Positions 20,528-32,975 are shown, counted from the first letter of the stretch. The stretch: DNA of 64,000 nucleotides from Deltaproteobacteria bacterium GWC2_55_46 (GCA_001595385.3 LVEI03000001.1:2235344-2299343), one strand, 5' to 3'. Numbers and translations are program-made. The notes: a model not told the origin generated them from the sequence alone.

Positions 20528-20899
20528 ATGCCGACGATCAATCAGCTCGTACGTAAGGGCAGACAGAAGCCCAGGGTGAAGACAGCTTCACCGGCGCTTG
20601 AATCATGCCCGCAGAAAAGGGGCGTATGCGTCAGGGTCTACACGACCACCCCGAAGAAGCCGAACTCGGCTTTGAGGAAGGTGGCCAGGGTGAGGCTCAC
20701 TAACGCGATGGAAGTTACCTCCTATATACCGGGTGTCGGCCACAACCTCCAGGAGCACTCGGTAGTGCTCATCAGGGGCGGCAGGGTCAAGGACCTCCCG
20801 GGTGTAAGGTACCATATAGTCAGGGGCACGCTCGACGCGACAGGAGTCGCCGACAGGAAGCAAGCCCGCTCAAAGTACGGCGCCAAGAGGCCCAAGTAG
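20528..20899 (+). CDS. rpsL: 30S ribosomal protein S12
   Basis: 123 aa: [12 protein letters not shown] ... [16 protein letters not shown]. Confidence 0.98.
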   Translation: MPTINQLVRKGRQKPRVKTASPALESCPQKRGVCVRVYTTTPKKPNSALRKVARVRLTNAMEVTSYIPGVGHNLQEHSVVLIRGGRVKDLPGVRYHIVRGTLDATGVADRKQARSKYGAKRPK

Positions 20900-20910
20900 G
20901 CTTCCGGTAA

Positions 20911-21405
<495 letters not shown>

Positions 21406-21566
21406 TTCCGGTTGTGGAGTCAGGGGATCAAACCCCGCTGCAAGAGGCTTAGCCGTCTGTCCCCTTTTTATAAATCGTAAAATCCGGATAGAGCGCATAG
21501 TTTGGGCCGTGACCCGGTCCCGTTCAAAGTAACTGAATCGCAGAGTTTATCTCAGGAGTAGCCGCT

Positions 21567-23648
21567 TTGGCAAGGCAAGTACCTTTAGACAGACAGAGAA
21601 ATATCGGGATCATGGCCCACATCGACGCGGGCAAGACCACGACCACCGAGAGGATCCTCTACTATACGGGCGTTACCTACAAGATAGGCGAGGTCCACGA
21701 GGGCACCGCGGTCATGGACTGGATGGAGCAGGAGAAGGAGAGGGGTATAACCATCACCTCCGCCGCCACCACCTGTTCGTGGAAGGATACCCGTATCAAT
21801 ATTATAGATACGCCAGGGCACGTCGACTTCACCATTGAGGTCGAAAGGTCGCTCCGCGTACTTGACGGCGCCGTCGCTGTCTTCTGCTCCGTAGGCGGTG
21901 TTGAGCCTCAGAGCGAGACCGTCTGGAGGCAGGCCAACAAGTACCACGTGCCGAGGCTCGCATTCATAAACAAGATGGACCGCGTAGGTGCCGATTTCTT
22001 CAGGGTCGTCGCCATGATAGTCGACAGGCTTAAGGCACGCCCGGTCCTGCTGCAGCTCCCCATAGGCAAGGAAGATACATTCCAGGGCGTCGTCGACCTG
22101 ATCCTTAATAAGGCGGTCGTCTGGGACGAGGAGACCCTCGGGGCCAAGTTCAGGATCGCCGATGTGCCGGCTGACATGCAGGCGCAGGTCGCTGAGTACA
22201 GGGAGAAACTCATAGAGGTCGCCGCTGATTTCGACGAGTCTCTCATGGAGAAGTACCTTGCTGGTGAGGAGCCAACGCAGGAGGAGCTTAAGGCTGCCCT
22301 GAGGAAGGGCACCATCGCGATGGAGATAATACCCGTCATATGCGGCTCTTCATTCAAGAACAAAGGCGTTCAGCTCCTTCTCGATACAGTTATTGAGTAT
22401 CTTCCTTCCCCGGTAGATATTCCGCCCGTAAAGGGCATAGACCCTGAAACAGACGCAGAGGATACGAGGCCAACGGCAGATGACGCGCCGTTTTCTGCCC
22501 TCGCCTTCAAGATAATGACCGACCCGTTCGTTGGCCAGTTGACCTTCTTCCGGGTCTACTCCGGTTGCATGACAGCAGGCTCTTATGTCTATAACTCCAA
22601 GAAGGGGCACAAGGAGAGAATAGGCAGGCTTGTCAAGATGCACGCCAACAAGCGCGAGGACGTCAAAGAGGTATACGCCGGCGACATCGCCGCGGCGGTC
22701 GGTCTCAAGAACACGACCACCGGCGATACCATATGCGACCCTGAGAAGTTAATAGTGCTCGAGGCGATGGAGTTCCCGGAGCCGGTCATATCGATCGCCA
22801 TCGAGCCCAAGACAAAGGCCGACCAGGAAAAACTCGGAATCGCGCTGCAGAAGCTCGCCATAGAAGACCCCTCTTTCCGCGTGAAAACTGACGAGGAGAC
22901 AGGCCAGACTATCATATCCGGAATGGGCGAGCTCCATCTTGAGATCATCGTAGACAGGATGCTGCGCGAGTTCAAGGTAGAGGCCTCCGTCGGCAAGCCA
23001 CAGGTCGCCTACAGGGAGACCATCACCAGGAAGGCGAAGGCCGAGGGCAAGTACATCAGGCAGACAGGCGGACGCGGTCAGTACGGCCACGTCTATATAG
23101 AGATAGAGCCGGGCGAGAAAGGTAAGAGCTTCGAGTTCGTCAACAAGATAGTCGGCGGCTCCATTCCGAAGGAGTACGTCTCCCCTGTCGAGAACGGCAT
23201 GAGGGAGGCTTCCGAGAGCGGCATACTCGCCGGCTACCCTGTCGTCGACGTGAGGGTAACGCTTTACGATGGTTCGTACCACGAGGTCGACTCTTCTGAG
23301 ATGGCCTTCAAGATAGCCGGCTCCATGGCCTTCAAGGAGGCCGTCAAGAACGCTGGCCCCATCCTTCTTGAACCGATTATGTCGGTCGAGGTCGTCGTGC
23401 CCGAGCAGTTCATGGGCGATGTCATAGGCGATCTCAACTCGAGAAGGGGGAAGATCCAGGGGATGGAGTCCAGGGGCGGCTTCCAGGTCGTTTCCGCCAA
23501 CGTGCCTCTGGCGAATATGTTCGGTTATTCTACTGACCTGCGGTCCAAGACACAGGGCAGGGCTTCATATACCATGCAGTTCGCTCATTATGAGCAGGTG
23601 CCCAATTCGGTCACCGAGGTGCTGACCGCAAAGGTTCAGGCCAAGTAG
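21567..23648 (+). CDS. fusA: Elongation factor G (TTG start)
   Basis: 693 aa: [33 protein letters not shown]. Confidence 0.98.
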   Translation: MARQVPLDRQRNIGIMAHIDAGKTTTTERILYYTGVTYKIGEVHEGTAVMDWMEQEKERGITITSAATTCSWKDTRINIIDTPGHVDFTIEVERSLRVLDGAVAVFCSVGGVEPQSETVWRQANKYHVPRLAFINKMDRVGADFFRVVAMIVDRLKARPVLLQLPIGKEDTFQGVVDLILNKAVVWDEETLGAKFRIADVPADMQAQVAEYREKLIEVAADFDESLMEKYLAGEEPTQEELKAALRKGTIAMEIIPVICGSSFKNKGVQLLLDTVIEYLPSPVDIPPVKGIDPETDAEDTRPTADDAPFSALAFKIMTDPFVGQLTFFRVYSGCMTAGSYVYNSKKGHKERIGRLVKMHANKREDVKEVYAGDIAAAVGLKNTTTGDTICDPEKLIVLEAMEFPEPVISIAIEPKTKADQEKLGIALQKLAIEDPSFRVKTDEETGQTIISGMGELHLEIIVDRMLREFKVEASVGKPQVAYRETITRKAKAEGKYIRQTGGRGQYGHVYIEIEPGEKGKSFEFVNKIVGGSIPKEYVSPVENGMREASESGILAGYPVVDVRVTLYDGSYHEVDSSEMAFKIAGSMAFKEAVKNAGPILLEPIMSVEVVVPEQFMGDVIGDLNSRRGKIQGMESRGGFQVVSANVPLANMFGYSTDLRSKTQGRASYTMQFAHYEQVPNSVTEVLTAKVQAK

Positions 23649-23686
23649 GATTATTAAAATCAGAAAGGTTTCCTGGAGGAAGAAAA

Positions 23687-24886
23687 ATGGGCAAGGCTAA
23701 ATTCGAGAGGGGAAAGGCTCACCTGAACGTAGGCACGATAGGCCACGTTGACCACGGGAAGACCTCGCTAACCGCGGCTATAACCAAGGTCCTGAGCTCG
23801 AAGGGATACGCCGAGTTCCTGGCATACGAGAATATAGACAAGGCGCCTGAGGAGAGGGAGAGGGGTGTAACGATCTCCATATCCCACGTTGAGTATCAGA
23901 CCGACAAGAGGCATTACGCCCACATCGACTGTCCTGGCCATGCCGACTACATAAAGAACATGATAACTGGCGCCGCGCAGATGGACGGCGCGATACTGGT
24001 TGTTTCCGCCGCCGACGGCCCGATGCCCCAGACAAGGGAGCACATCCTCTTGGCCCGCCAGGTCGGCGTGCCCTATGTGGTGGTCTTCCTCAACAAGGTC
24101 GACATGGTCGACGACAAGGAGCTTCTGGACCTCGTTGAGCTTGAGGTGAGGGAGCTTCTTAACCAGTACAAGTTCCCCGGGGACGATATCCCTGTGATAA
24201 AGGGCAGCGCTCTCAAGATACTTGAGTGCGGCTGCGGCAAGAAGGAGTGCGAGTGGTGCGGTGCTGTACACCAGCTTACCGATACGCTCGACACCTACAT
24301 CCCCGATCCCAAGAGGGAGATAGACAAGCCGTTCCTTATGCCGGTTGAGGACGTCTTTTCGATATCAGGCCGCGGCACGGTTGTGACCGGCAGGGTCGAG
24401 AGGGGCGTTGTCAAGGTCGGCGAGGAGATAGAGATAATAGGGCTTCGTGCCACTCAGAAGACCATCGTGACGGGTGTTGAGATGTTCAGGAAGCTTCTGG
24501 ACGAGGGCAGGGCCGGAGACAACATCGGCGCCCTCTTGAGGGGCACCAAGAAGGAAGACGTTGAGAGGGGTCAGGTCCTTGCGAAGCCGGGTTCAGTGAC
24601 CCCGCACACGAAGTTCAAGGGCGAGGTCTATATCCTCACGAAGGAAGAGGGCGGCCGCCACACCCCGTTCTTCAACGGCTACAGGCCTCAGTTCTACTTC
24701 AGGACTACCGACGTTACCGGGATAGCGAAGCTTCCCGAGGGTGTTGAGATGGTCATGCCCGGAGACAACGTTAACATAGACGTAGAGCTTATAAACCCGA
24801 TAGCCATGGAAGAGGGCTTGAGGTTCGCCATCCGCGAGGGCGGCAGGACCGTCGGCGCGGGTGTTGTTACAAAGATACTTGAGTAG
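23687..24886 (+). CDS. tuf: Elongation factor Tu (copy 2, str operon)
   Basis: Protein identical to copy 1. The sense codons look nucleotide-identical too, since the antisense ORF translations in the track also match. Stop is TAG here and TAA in copy 1. Confidence 0.98.
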   Translation: MGKAKFERGKAHLNVGTIGHVDHGKTSLTAAITKVLSSKGYAEFLAYENIDKAPEERERGVTISISHVEYQTDKRHYAHIDCPGHADYIKNMITGAAQMDGAILVVSAADGPMPQTREHILLARQVGVPYVVVFLNKVDMVDDKELLDLVELEVRELLNQYKFPGDDIPVIKGSALKILECGCGKKECEWCGAVHQLTDTLDTYIPDPKREIDKPFLMPVEDVFSISGRGTVVTGRVERGVVKVGEEIEIIGLRATQKTIVTGVEMFRKLLDEGRAGDNIGALLRGTKKEDVERGQVLAKPGSVTPHTKFKGEVYILTKEEGGRHTPFFNGYRPQFYFRTTDVTGIAKLPEGVEMVMPGDNVNIDVELINPIAMEEGLRFAIREGGRTVGAGVVTKILE

Positions 24887-24935
24887 GATATCCGCCAAGG
24901 CGGAACCTGGGACAATAAGGTACGGAGTTTAAAGG

Positions 24936-25247
24936 GTGGATAACCAGAAGATCAGAATAAGGCTTAAGGCGTTCGACCACAGGCTTCTCGATAAGTCTGT
25001 GAAGGAAATCGTCGAGACTGCAAGGAGGACGGGCGCGCAGATAAACGGCCCGATACCGCTTCCGACCAGGATCAACAGGTTCACCGTGCTGCGTTCACCC
25101 CATGTGGACAAGAAGAGCCGTGAGCAGTTCGAGATACGCACTCACAAGAGGCTCATGGACATAATGGAGCCCACGCAGAACACGGTCGATGCCCTCATGA
25201 AGCTTGACCTCCCCGCAGGCGTGGACGTGGAGATAAAGCTCGAGTAA
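24936..25247 (+). CDS. rpsJ: 30S ribosomal protein S10 (GTG start)
   Basis: 103 aa: [16 protein letters not shown]. Confidence 0.97.
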   Translation: MDNQKIRIRLKAFDHRLLDKSVKEIVETARRTGAQINGPIPLPTRINRFTVLRSPHVDKKSREQFEIRTHKRLMDIMEPTQNTVDALMKLDLPAGVDVEIKLE

Positions 25248-25342
25248 TACTCCTTCAGTTAGACTGCTAGGCTGTTAGATACTCAATCCTATAAGGCGCG
25301 CATGCACCCGCGAGGGGGCCTCTGCGGCAGGGAATGCGAAAA

Positions 25343-25972
25343 ATGATAGAAGGTATAATCGGCAAGAAGGTCGGGATGACCCATGTCTATTCCGATGACG
25401 GCGCAATGGTGCCTGTAACGGTCATCAAGACCGGCAACACCGTTGTCCAGAGGAAGACCAAGGGCAAGGACGGGTATGAGGCCGTGCAGGTCGGCTTCAT
25501 GGAGAAGAAGGAGTCGAGGGTCAACAAGGCCATGAAAGGCCATTTCAAAAAGGCCGGCAGCACTCCTTTCTACCGCCTCGTAGAGCTCAAGGGCACTGAG
25601 CTTGATGCTTACCAGCCAGGCGCAGCCATAAACGCGGCCGACGTATTCAAGGCTGGCGACTGGGTCGATGTCATCGGCAAATCAAAGGGAAAAGGCTTCA
25701 TGGGCTCCATGAGGAGGCACAACTTCAGTGGCGGCTCCGAGTCCCATGGTTCAATGCACAACAGGGCCCCTGGCTCGATCGGCTCGAGCTCTGATCCGTC
25801 GAGGGTATACAAGGGAATGAAGATGGCAGGTCATATGGGCGCTGCCGAGGTCACTGTGCAGAACCTGAGGATAGTGGGCGTGAGGGCCGAGGAGAATATC
25901 CTTCTGGTAAAGGGCGCTGTGCCAGGTGCTGTCAACAGCGTTGTCGTCATAAAAAAGGCGCTTAAAAAGTAG
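25343..25972 (+). CDS. rplC: 50S ribosomal protein L3
   Basis: Typical L3 N-terminus MIEGIIGKKVGMT. I prefer the ATG at 25343 because AGGGA lies about 10 nt upstream. The track ORF starts 9 nt earlier, at 25334. Confidence 0.93.
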   Translation: MIEGIIGKKVGMTHVYSDDGAMVPVTVIKTGNTVVQRKTKGKDGYEAVQVGFMEKKESRVNKAMKGHFKKAGSTPFYRLVELKGTELDAYQPGAAINAADVFKAGDWVDVIGKSKGKGFMGSMRRHNFSGGSESHGSMHNRAPGSIGSSSDPSRVYKGMKMAGHMGAAEVTVQNLRIVGVRAEENILLVKGAVPGAVNSVVVIKKALKK

Positions 25973-26054
25973 GCCAGAGCCTGTTTTTTGGTTGAGAATT
26001 GATTACGGATTGTGTATAGTCGTTGTTTAACCGAAATTTCAAGGGATTAGGGAT

Positions 26055-26672
26055 ATGAACGTAGAGGTTCTGAACACGAATGGCTCAAAAGTCTCCGAGA
26101 TGGTCTTGAGCGACGTTATCTTCGCCGGCGATGTTAAAGAGCATCTGTTCTATGAAGTGGTCAAGATGCAGCGCGCCAACAAGAGGGCCGGCACCGCTTC
26201 GACCAAGACAAAGGGCGAGGTCAGCGGCGGCGGCGCGAAGCCCTGGAAGCAGAAGGGCACCGGACGCGCGAGGTCTGGCTCGAACAGGAGCCCTCTCTGG
26301 AGGCATGGCGGTACGGTATTTGGGCCGCATCCGAGGGACTACTCGTACAAGGTCCCGAAGAAGGTCATGAAGGAAGCCATCAAGAGCGCTCTCAGGCTGA
26401 AGGTAAAGGAGGGCAGGTTTACGGTCCTCGATTCGATAGAGCTGGCTGAGCCCAGGACAAAGGCCGCGATCGAGGTGCTTAAGAAGCACAACCTGGACAA
26501 CGCCCTCATCATCATCGACGGCGCGAACAGGAACCTTGAGCTCGCGGTAAGGAACCTTAAGGACTTCCAGGTGCAGAAGGCAGGGGGGCTCAACGTCTAT
26601 GACATACTGAGCTACGACAACCTGGTCATTACCAGGGCCGCCCTTGAGAAAGTAGAGGCGATGGTGCAATGA
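26055..26672 (+). CDS. rplD: 50S ribosomal protein L4
   Basis: 205 aa with a WKQKGTGRARSGS motif. Confidence 0.96.
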   Translation: MNVEVLNTNGSKVSEMVLSDVIFAGDVKEHLFYEVVKMQRANKRAGTASTKTKGEVSGGGAKPWKQKGTGRARSGSNRSPLWRHGGTVFGPHPRDYSYKVPKKVMKEAIKSALRLKVKEGRFTVLDSIELAEPRTKAAIEVLKKHNLDNALIIIDGANRNLELAVRNLKDFQVQKAGGLNVYDILSYDNLVITRAALEKVEAMVQ

Positions 26673-26956
26673 AAAACCATTACTCAATATTGAAATCACC
26701 GGTCATCACGGAGAAAAGCACGGCAGCCACGGCCGAAGGCAAGGTCGTATTCTGGGTGGAGCTTACCGCCACCAAGAAGGACATCAAGGACGCCGTTGAG
26801 AATATATTCAAGGTAAAGGTCCTGGACGTGAACACGCAGCGCGTGCCCGGCAAGATGAAGAGGATGGGCAAGTTCCAGGGGCAGAAGCCCACGAGGAAGA
26901 AGGCCTATCTCAAGCTCCGCGAGGGAGACAAGATAGAGATCTTTGAAGGCGTGTAA
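26669..26956 (+). CDS. rplW: 50S ribosomal protein L23
   Basis: 95 aa, S10 operon order, ATGA overlap with rplD. Confidence 0.95.
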   Translation: MKNHYSILKSPVITEKSTAATAEGKVVFWVELTATKKDIKDAVENIFKVKVLDVNTQRVPGKMKRMGKFQGQKPTRKKAYLKLREGDKIEIFEGV

Positions 26957-26989
26957 AAAAACGATTAAATTTTCGAGAAGAGAAAGACG

Positions 26990-27808
26990 ATGCCAGTAAA
27001 AAAATACAATCCTACTTCACCGGCTCTTAGAAAAAAGACCACACTGGTCAATGACGTCGCGAAGAAGAGGCCTGAAAGGGCCCTGACCGTATCATTCGGC
27101 AAAAGCGGCGGCAGGAACAACGCCGGAAGGGTGACCACCCGCTGGATAGGCGGCGGGCACAAGAGGCTCTACAGGCTCATCGACTTCAAGAGGGACAAGG
27201 TAAACATCCCGGCGAAGGTCGCGGCGATAGAGTACGACCCGAACAGGACCGCTAATATTGCGCTCCTTAACTATGTGGACGGCGAGAAGAGGTACATACT
27301 CGCCCCCCTTGACCTCAAGGTTGGCGATACTGTGGTAGCCGGACCTGATGTCGACATAAAGCCCGGCAACGCACTGCCGTTCCGCGCGATACCGGTCGGT
27401 ACCTTCGTCCACAACGTTGAGATGCGCAAGGGCAAGGGCGGACAGCTCGTCAAGAGCGCCGGTTCCTACGCGCAGCTCATGGCCAAAGAGGGCGATTACG
27501 CTACCATTAAGCTGCCCTCGAACGAAGTCAGGTACGTCCTTCAGGACTGTTACGCGACAATAGGCCAGATCGGCAACAAAGACCACGAGAACGTTACCAT
27601 CGGAAAGGCCGGAAGGTCACGCTGGCTCGGCAGGAACCCCAAGGTAAGGGGTGTTGCCATGAACCCGGTCGACCATCCGCATGGCGGCGGCGAGGGCAAG
27701 AGCAAGGGCGGAAACCACCCGACCAACCCCTGGGGCGTGCCAACTAAAGGGTACAAGACCAGGAGACGCAAGATCTCTGACAAGTATATAATTACCAGGA
27801 GGAAATAA
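26990..27808 (+). CDS. rplB: 50S ribosomal protein L2
   Basis: 272 aa: [17 protein letters not shown]. Confidence 0.98.
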   Translation: MPVKKYNPTSPALRKKTTLVNDVAKKRPERALTVSFGKSGGRNNAGRVTTRWIGGGHKRLYRLIDFKRDKVNIPAKVAAIEYDPNRTANIALLNYVDGEKRYILAPLDLKVGDTVVAGPDVDIKPGNALPFRAIPVGTFVHNVEMRKGKGGQLVKSAGSYAQLMAKEGDYATIKLPSNEVRYVLQDCYATIGQIGNKDHENVTIGKAGRSRWLGRNPKVRGVAMNPVDHPHGGGEGKSKGGNHPTNPWGVPTKGYKTRRRKISDKYIITRRK

Positions 27809-27810
27809 CG

Positions 27811-28098
27811 GTGCGTTCTGTAAAAAAAGGCCCGTTCGTAGACGAGCACCTCATGGAGAAGATATCGGCCGCAACCGACGCCAGGCAGAGGAAAGTAGTC
27901 AAGACCTGGTCAAGGCGGTCCATGATAACACCCGAGATGGTGGGATTTACGATAGCGGTACATAACGGCAAGAAGTTCGTACCGGTTTTCGTGACCGAGA
28001 ACATGGTGGGCCACAAGCTTGGAGAGTTTTCCCCCACTCGCACCTTTCACGGCCATTCCGGAATAAAGAAGGCAAAGGTGCCCGGGGCCAAGGGTTAA
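27811..28098 (+). CDS. rpsS: 30S ribosomal protein S19 (GTG start)
   Basis: 95 aa: [13 protein letters not shown] ... HNGKKFVPV. Confidence 0.96.
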   Translation: MRSVKKGPFVDEHLMEKISAATDARQRKVVKTWSRRSMITPEMVGFTIAVHNGKKFVPVFVTENMVGHKLGEFSPTRTFHGHSGIKKAKVPGAKG

Positions 28099-28140
28099 GC
28101 GGTCCGGTTAAGCAATTCGCATAAGGAGCCAGGAATCAAG

Positions 28141-28473
28141 ATGGAAGCCAAGGCTATTCTAAGATATTTAAAGACCTCTCCCCAGAAGGCGCGCCTGGTC
28201 GTAGACCTCATCAGGGGCAAGAGGGTCGACGAGGCGATCACGATACTAAGCTATAACCACAAGGCAGTGAGCAGGGAAATAGTCAAGCTCGTAAAGAGCG
28301 CCGCTGCCAACGCCGAGAACACCAAGAGCCTTGATGTCGACAAGCTCTACGTCAAGACCGCCTATGTCGACGGCGGGCCGACGCTCAAGCGCACCCATTC
28401 AAAGGCCATGGGCAGGGGCGCCGTCATAAGGAGAAGGACGAGCCACGTGACTGTCGTGCTCGGTGAGAGATAA
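28141..28473 (+). CDS. rplV: 50S ribosomal protein L22
   Basis: 110 aa, operon order, typical L22 sequence. Confidence 0.95.
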   Translation: MEAKAILRYLKTSPQKARLVVDLIRGKRVDEAITILSYNHKAVSREIVKLVKSAAANAENTKSLDVDKLYVKTAYVDGGPTLKRTHSKAMGRGAVIRRRTSHVTVVLGER

Positions 28474-28521
28474 AGCCGCTGTTTTTATTATTCTGAAAGA
28501 ACTTAGAACGGAGGTCGGTTT

Positions 28522-29187
28522 TTGGGCCAGAAGGTACATCCAATAGGATTCAGACTGGGGATTTCCAAGGGTTGGAACTCGAGATGGTACAGCGAGAAGA
28601 AATACGCCGAATTCGTCCACGAGGACCTGAAGCTCAGGAAGTTCGTTAAAAAGAAGCTCTTCCACGCCGGCATATCCTCGATAGATATAGAGAGGACTGC
28701 CAACCGCGTGAAGGTCATCATAAGGACCGCGAGGCCCGGCATCGTGATAGGCAAGCGCGGCGCCGAGATAGACGTGATGAAAAAGCAGCTCGCGAAGCTC
28801 ACCGGCAGGGATGTGGACCTTGAGATAGTGGAGGTCAGAAAGCCCGATACCGACGCTCAGCTCGTCGCAGAGAACATCGCGCTGCAGCTCGAAAGAAGGG
28901 TGTCGTTCAGAAGGGCCATGAAAAAGTCCGTGACCTCATCTATGAGGATGGGGGCAAAGGGCATAAAGATAATGTGCGCCGGAAGGCTCGGCGGAGCCGA
29001 GATAGCCAGAAGCGAATGGTACAGGGAGGGCAGGGTGCCGCTACACACACTGAGGGCCGATATAGACTACGGCCAGGCAGAGGCGCTTACGACCTTCGGC
29101 ATCATTGGCGTAAAGGTATTTGTTTATAAGGGCGAGGTCCCGACTCAGAGGGCGGTTGAAGAAGCGGCCGCGGCGCAAAAGGGGTAG
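28522..29187 (+). CDS. rpsC: 30S ribosomal protein S3 (TTG start)
   Basis: 221 aa: [15 protein letters not shown] domain. Confidence 0.97.
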   Translation: MGQKVHPIGFRLGISKGWNSRWYSEKKYAEFVHEDLKLRKFVKKKLFHAGISSIDIERTANRVKVIIRTARPGIVIGKRGAEIDVMKKQLAKLTGRDVDLEIVEVRKPDTDAQLVAENIALQLERRVSFRRAMKKSVTSSMRMGAKGIKIMCAGRLGGAEIARSEWYREGRVPLHTLRADIDYGQAEALTTFGIIGVKVFVYKGEVPTQRAVEEAAAAQKG

Positions 29188-29196
29188 TTTCGAGCC

Positions 29197-29610
29197 ATGT
29201 TGATACCAAAAAAAGTCAAATTCAGGAAGCAGCAGAGGGGCAAAAGGAGAGGGCTTGCCACCAGGGGGGCTGAACTGTCCTTCGGCAACTTCGGGCTTCA
29301 GTCGATCGAGTGCGGATGGCTTTCCACCCGCCAGATCGAGGCCGGCAGGATCGCCATGACCCGTTTCATAAAAAGGGGCGGCAAGATCTGGATAAGGGTA
29401 TTCCCCGATAAGCCTATAACCAAGAAGCCAGCTGAGACAAGGATGGGAAGCGGAAAGGGCGCTCCCGAGGACTGGGTAGCTGTAATAAAGCCAGGGCGCG
29501 TGCTCTATGAGATGGAGGGCGTGACAGAGGATGTGGCAAGAGAGGCCTTCAGGCTCGCCTCCCACAAGATCTCGCTCAGCACAAAGTTTATTAAAAGGGA
29601 AGCAATATGA
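29197..29610 (+). CDS. rplP: 50S ribosomal protein L16
   Basis: 137 aa: [15 protein letters not shown]. Confidence 0.97.
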   Translation: MLIPKKVKFRKQQRGKRRGLATRGAELSFGNFGLQSIECGWLSTRQIEAGRIAMTRFIKRGGKIWIRVFPDKPITKKPAETRMGSGKGAPEDWVAVIKPGRVLYEMEGVTEDVAREAFRLASHKISLSTKFIKREAI

Positions 29611-29804
29611 AACCGGCAGAGATAAGGGGTATGACCCTTGAGGACTTAAAGGCGAAGGGGAGTGAGCTTGAAAAGGAGCTCTTCAGCCTCCGCATGCGCC
29701 ATGCCACCAGCCAGCTTGAGAACCCGTTGAGGCTCAGGGCGCTGCGCAGAGACATCGCAAGGATGAGGACCATCGCAGCCGAGAAGGAGAGGGGGAAGAA
29801 ATAA
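29607..29804 (+). CDS. rpmC: 50S ribosomal protein L29
   Basis: 65 aa, operon order, ATGA overlap. Confidence 0.93.
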   Translation: MKPAEIRGMTLEDLKAKGSELEKELFSLRMRHATSQLENPLRLRALRRDIARMRTIAAEKERGKK

Positions 29805-29807
29805 CAG

Positions 29808-30077
29808 ATGTCAGCAGAACTCAGAACTCCGCATAAAAAGACCCTCGTAGGCAGCGTGCTCACAAGCGGCAAGATGGACAAGACCGTCGTGGTCTCCATC
29901 GAGAGGCTCGCGAAGCACCCCTTCTACGGCAAGTACGTCAAGAGGAACGTCAAGTACACGGCCCATGACGAGAAGAACGAGTGCGGCTCCGGCGACAAGG
30001 TCCTCATAGTCGAGACCAGGCCGCTCAGCCGGACCAAGAGATGGCGCGTTAAAGAAATTCTGGAGAAGGCAAAATGA
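29808..30077 (+). CDS. rpsQ: 30S ribosomal protein S17
   Basis: 89 aa, operon order, [10 protein letters not shown] motif. Confidence 0.95.
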   Translation: MSAELRTPHKKTLVGSVLTSGKMDKTVVVSIERLAKHPFYGKYVKRNVKYTAHDEKNECGSGDKVLIVETRPLSRTKRWRVKEILEKAK

Positions 30078-30442
30078 TACAGATCAGGTCGATCCTCGGG
30101 GTTGCTGATAACTCGGGGGCCAAGAAGGTCTCGTGCATAAAGGTCATAGGCGCTTCCAACAAGCTCATCGCCAACATCGGCGACGTCATTGTCGTCAACG
30201 TCAAGGAAGCCGTTTTTGACGCGAAGGTTAAAAAAGGCGACGTGGCAAGGGCTGTAATAGTGCGCACCAGGAAGGAGACCAGGAGGCCTGACGGGTCTTA
30301 CATCAGGTTCGACGAGAACTCCTGCGTGATAATCAACAAAGATGGCGAACCCGTGGGAACCAGGATATTCGGGCCAGTTGCCAGGGAACTGCGCGCCAAG
30401 AAGTTCATGAAGATAGTGTCGCTCGCACCAGAAGTCCTCTAA
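30074..30442 (+). CDS. rplN: 50S ribosomal protein L14
   Basis: 122 aa: [18 protein letters not shown]. Confidence 0.97.
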   Translation: MIQIRSILGVADNSGAKKVSCIKVIGASNKLIANIGDVIVVNVKEAVFDAKVKKGDVARAVIVRTRKETRRPDGSYIRFDENSCVIINKDGEPVGTRIFGPVARELRAKKFMKIVSLAPEVL

Positions 30443-30464
30443 TTCAGACAAGGGTTGGTTGAAA

Positions 30465-30782
30465 ATGGCATTGAAGATAAGGAAAGACGACCAGATAATG
30501 GTCATAGCCGGCAAGGAGAGGGGCAAGACTGGCAAGGTCTTGAGGGTAGACCCAGAGAAGGAAAAGGTCTACGTCGAGAAGCTCAACCTTGTCAAGCGCC
30601 ACCAGAAGCCTTCGGCCAAGTACAAGCACGGCGGCATAATCGAGAAAGAGGCTCCGTTGCATGTCTCGAACGTGATGCTGCTTTGCGAGAAGTGCAAGGG
30701 CCCGGTGAGGGCTGGCAAAAAGACCGAAGGCGACCGCAGGGTGAGGTTTTGCAAAAAGTGCGGTGAGGTGCTGGATAAATGA
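30465..30782 (+). CDS. rplX: 50S ribosomal protein L24 (Cys4 variant)
   Basis: KOW motif ([13 protein letters not shown]). C-terminal CEKC...CKKC. I prefer ATG 30465 to the TTG at 30459 given in the track. Confidence 0.93.
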   Translation: MALKIRKDDQIMVIAGKERGKTGKVLRVDPEKEKVYVEKLNLVKRHQKPSAKYKHGGIIEKEAPLHVSNVMLLCEKCKGPVRAGKKTEGDRRVRFCKKCGEVLDK

Positions 30783-31321
30783 ACCCGAGAGTAAAGGAAA
30801 AATATTCTAAAGAAGTAGTGCCTGCGATGATGAAGGAGTTCAGCTACACCAGCGCCATGCAGGTGCCCAAGCTGGAGAAGGTAGTCCTTAATATCGGTCT
30901 CGGCGAGGCCGTAAAGGACGTAAAACTTATAGATGCCGCCACGCGCGACCTTACTGCGATAACAGGCCAGAAGCCGGTCGTGACCAAGGCCAAGAAGTCC
31001 ATAGCGACCTTCAAGCTCAGGGAAGGCATGCCAATCGGCTGCATGGTGACCCTCAGGGGCCCCAAGATGTTCGAGTTCTTCGACCGTCTCGTATCCTTCG
31101 CTATTCCCAGGATCAGGGACTTCAAGGGCATGCCGGATAAGTCTTTCGACGGCAGGGGCAACTACACGATCGGCGTAAAAGAGCAGATCATATTCCCGGA
31201 AATAGAGTACGACAAGATAGACAAGATCAGGGGACTCAACATAACCATCAATACCACCGCGAAGAGCGATGAGGAGGCGAAGGCCCTCCTTAAGCACCTG
31301 GGAATGCCTTTCAGGAGCTAA
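30779..31321 (+). CDS. rplE: 50S ribosomal protein L5
   Basis: 180 aa, operon order, typical L5 sequence. Confidence 0.97.
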   Translation: MNPRVKEKYSKEVVPAMMKEFSYTSAMQVPKLEKVVLNIGLGEAVKDVKLIDAATRDLTAITGQKPVVTKAKKSIATFKLREGMPIGCMVTLRGPKMFEFFDRLVSFAIPRIRDFKGMPDKSFDGRGNYTIGVKEQIIFPEIEYDKIDKIRGLNITINTTAKSDEEAKALLKHLGMPFRS

Positions 31322-31349
31322 AGCTTTTAACCGCCATGGAGGTTTTTAA

Positions 31350-31535
31350 TTGGCTAAGAAGTCACTCATAGCAAAGGCCAAAAGGAAGCAGAAGTTCAAG
31401 GTCAGGGAGTACAACCGCTGCCCCATTTGCGGCAGGTCAAGGGCCTACTACAGGAAGTTTGACATGTGCAGGCTCTGCATGAGGAAAATGGCCCTCAAGG
31501 GCGACCTCCCCGGCGTGGTCAAGGCCAGCTGGTAA
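31350..31535 (+). CDS. rpsN: 30S ribosomal protein S14, type Z (zinc-binding, TTG start)
   Basis: 61 aa: [20 protein letters not shown]. Confidence 0.95.
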   Translation: MAKKSLIAKAKRKQKFKVREYNRCPICGRSRAYYRKFDMCRLCMRKMALKGDLPGVVKASW

Positions 31536-31560
31536 TAATTAAGAGACGGAGAAACAGGAA

Positions 31561-31959
31561 ATGTCGATGACAGACCCGATCGCGGACATGCTGACCAGAA
31601 TCAGGAACGCGGTCCAGGCGAAACAGCAGGAGGTCGTACTTCCCGCCTCCACAGTGAAACTTGAGATCGCCAAGATCCTCAAGGAGGAGGGCTACATAAA
31701 AGACGTGTCCTCCTTCAAGGATGGCTCAAAGGGCTATATCAAGGTGCTCCTCAAGTGGGGGCCCTTGAAGAAGAGCTCGATATCCGCCATCAAGAGGGTA
31801 AGCAGGCCAGGCCTCAGGAGGTACGTGGGCAAGGAGGATATTCCCAGGGTCTTCAACGGCCTCGGAATAGCGATAGTGTCGACCTCCAGGGGGCTCATGA
31901 CCGACAGGAAGGCCAGAGAGCTCGGAGTTGGCGGAGAAGTCGTCTGCACGGTATTTTGA
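31561..31959 (+). CDS. rpsH: 30S ribosomal protein S8
   Basis: 132 aa: MTDPIADMLTRIRNA. Confidence 0.97.
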   Translation: MSMTDPIADMLTRIRNAVQAKQQEVVLPASTVKLEIAKILKEEGYIKDVSSFKDGSKGYIKVLLKWGPLKKSSISAIKRVSRPGLRRYVGKEDIPRVFNGLGIAIVSTSRGLMTDRKARELGVGGEVVCTVF

Positions 31960-31998
31960 TAACTGCTAAATCCACGGACACTACAGAAGGATCACGAA

Positions 31999-32547
31999 AT
32001 GTCAAGGATAGGTAAACAGGCTATAGCTGTTCCGGCAAGCGTCAAGGTCGCCTTTGAGCGCAACCTGATAAAGGTAGCCGGCCCTCAGGGCGCTCTTGAG
32101 ATGCCCATGAGGACAGAGGTCTCGGTGGAGTTCAAGGACTCCCAAATAACCGTGACCAGGGCTGATGAGTCAAGGCTCGCGAGGTCTTTGCACGGCCTTA
32201 CCAGGTCGCTTATAGCGAACATGGTCAAGGGCGTGACCGAGGGCTTCCAGAAGAGGCTGGACATAGTAGGCGTCGGCTACAAGGCCGATGTGCAGGGCAA
32301 CGTCCTTAACCTCGCGCTCGGATACTCGCACCCGGTTAAATACGAACTCCCCAAGGGCATTAGCGCCACAGTCGACAAGCAGACCGGCGTCATAGTAAAA
32401 GGCGCGGACAAGCAGCTCGTCGGGCAGGTGGCGGCCGACATAAGGGCCTTCAGGAAGCCGGAACCCTATAAGGGCAAGGGCATCAAGTACTCAGATGAGG
32501 TAATACGGAGAAAGGCCGGCAAGGCTGGCAAGGCCGGAGGTAAATAA
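31999..32547 (+). CDS. rplF: 50S ribosomal protein L6
   Basis: 182 aa: [12 protein letters not shown]. Confidence 0.97.
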   Translation: MSRIGKQAIAVPASVKVAFERNLIKVAGPQGALEMPMRTEVSVEFKDSQITVTRADESRLARSLHGLTRSLIANMVKGVTEGFQKRLDIVGVGYKADVQGNVLNLALGYSHPVKYELPKGISATVDKQTGVIVKGADKQLVGQVAADIRAFRKPEPYKGKGIKYSDEVIRRKAGKAGKAGGK

Positions 32548-32552
32548 GGCAG

Positions 32553-32915
32553 ATGAATGGTAGGGTATTGAAGCAGAGCGGCTGGGAGAGAAGGAAGGCG
32601 CGCGTCAGGAAGAAGATCAAGGGGACGGCCGAGAGGCCCAGGCTCAACGTGCGCAGGTCGAACAAGCACATATACGCCCAGATCATAGACGACACCACCG
32701 GAAAGACACTGGCGGCGGCATCCACAAAGATGAAAGAGCTCGAAGGGGCTGACGGTAAGAAGATAGACGCGGCGAAGAAGGTCGGCCAGACTATCGGCAA
32801 GATCGCCGCCGATAAGGGCATAGAAAAGGTCGTGTTTGACAGGTCCGGCTATATCTACCACGGCAGGGTCAAGGCCCTTGCCGAGGGCGCCAGAGAAGCT
32901 GGCCTGAAGTTCTGA
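32553..32915 (+). CDS. rplR: 50S ribosomal protein L18
   Basis: 120 aa: [16 protein letters not shown]. Confidence 0.96.
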   Translation: MNGRVLKQSGWERRKARVRKKIKGTAERPRLNVRRSNKHIYAQIIDDTTGKTLAAASTKMKELEGADGKKIDAAKKVGQTIGKIAADKGIEKVVFDRSGYIYHGRVKALAEGAREAGLKF

Positions 32916-32975
32916 GCATATCAAACGCAGATTTGGGGTTTTCCTCCAAACCGGGACCAATAAGGGAGGCTTTTT

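Noticed and set aside
23687-24886. Second tuf copy as an assembly duplication or a mobile or duplicated segment
   Set aside because: Each copy sits in its own canonical context (tRNA cluster-tuf-rpmG, and rpsL-rpsG-fusA-tuf-rpsJ) with unique flanks and a different stop codon. This matches the well-known tufA/tufB arrangement.
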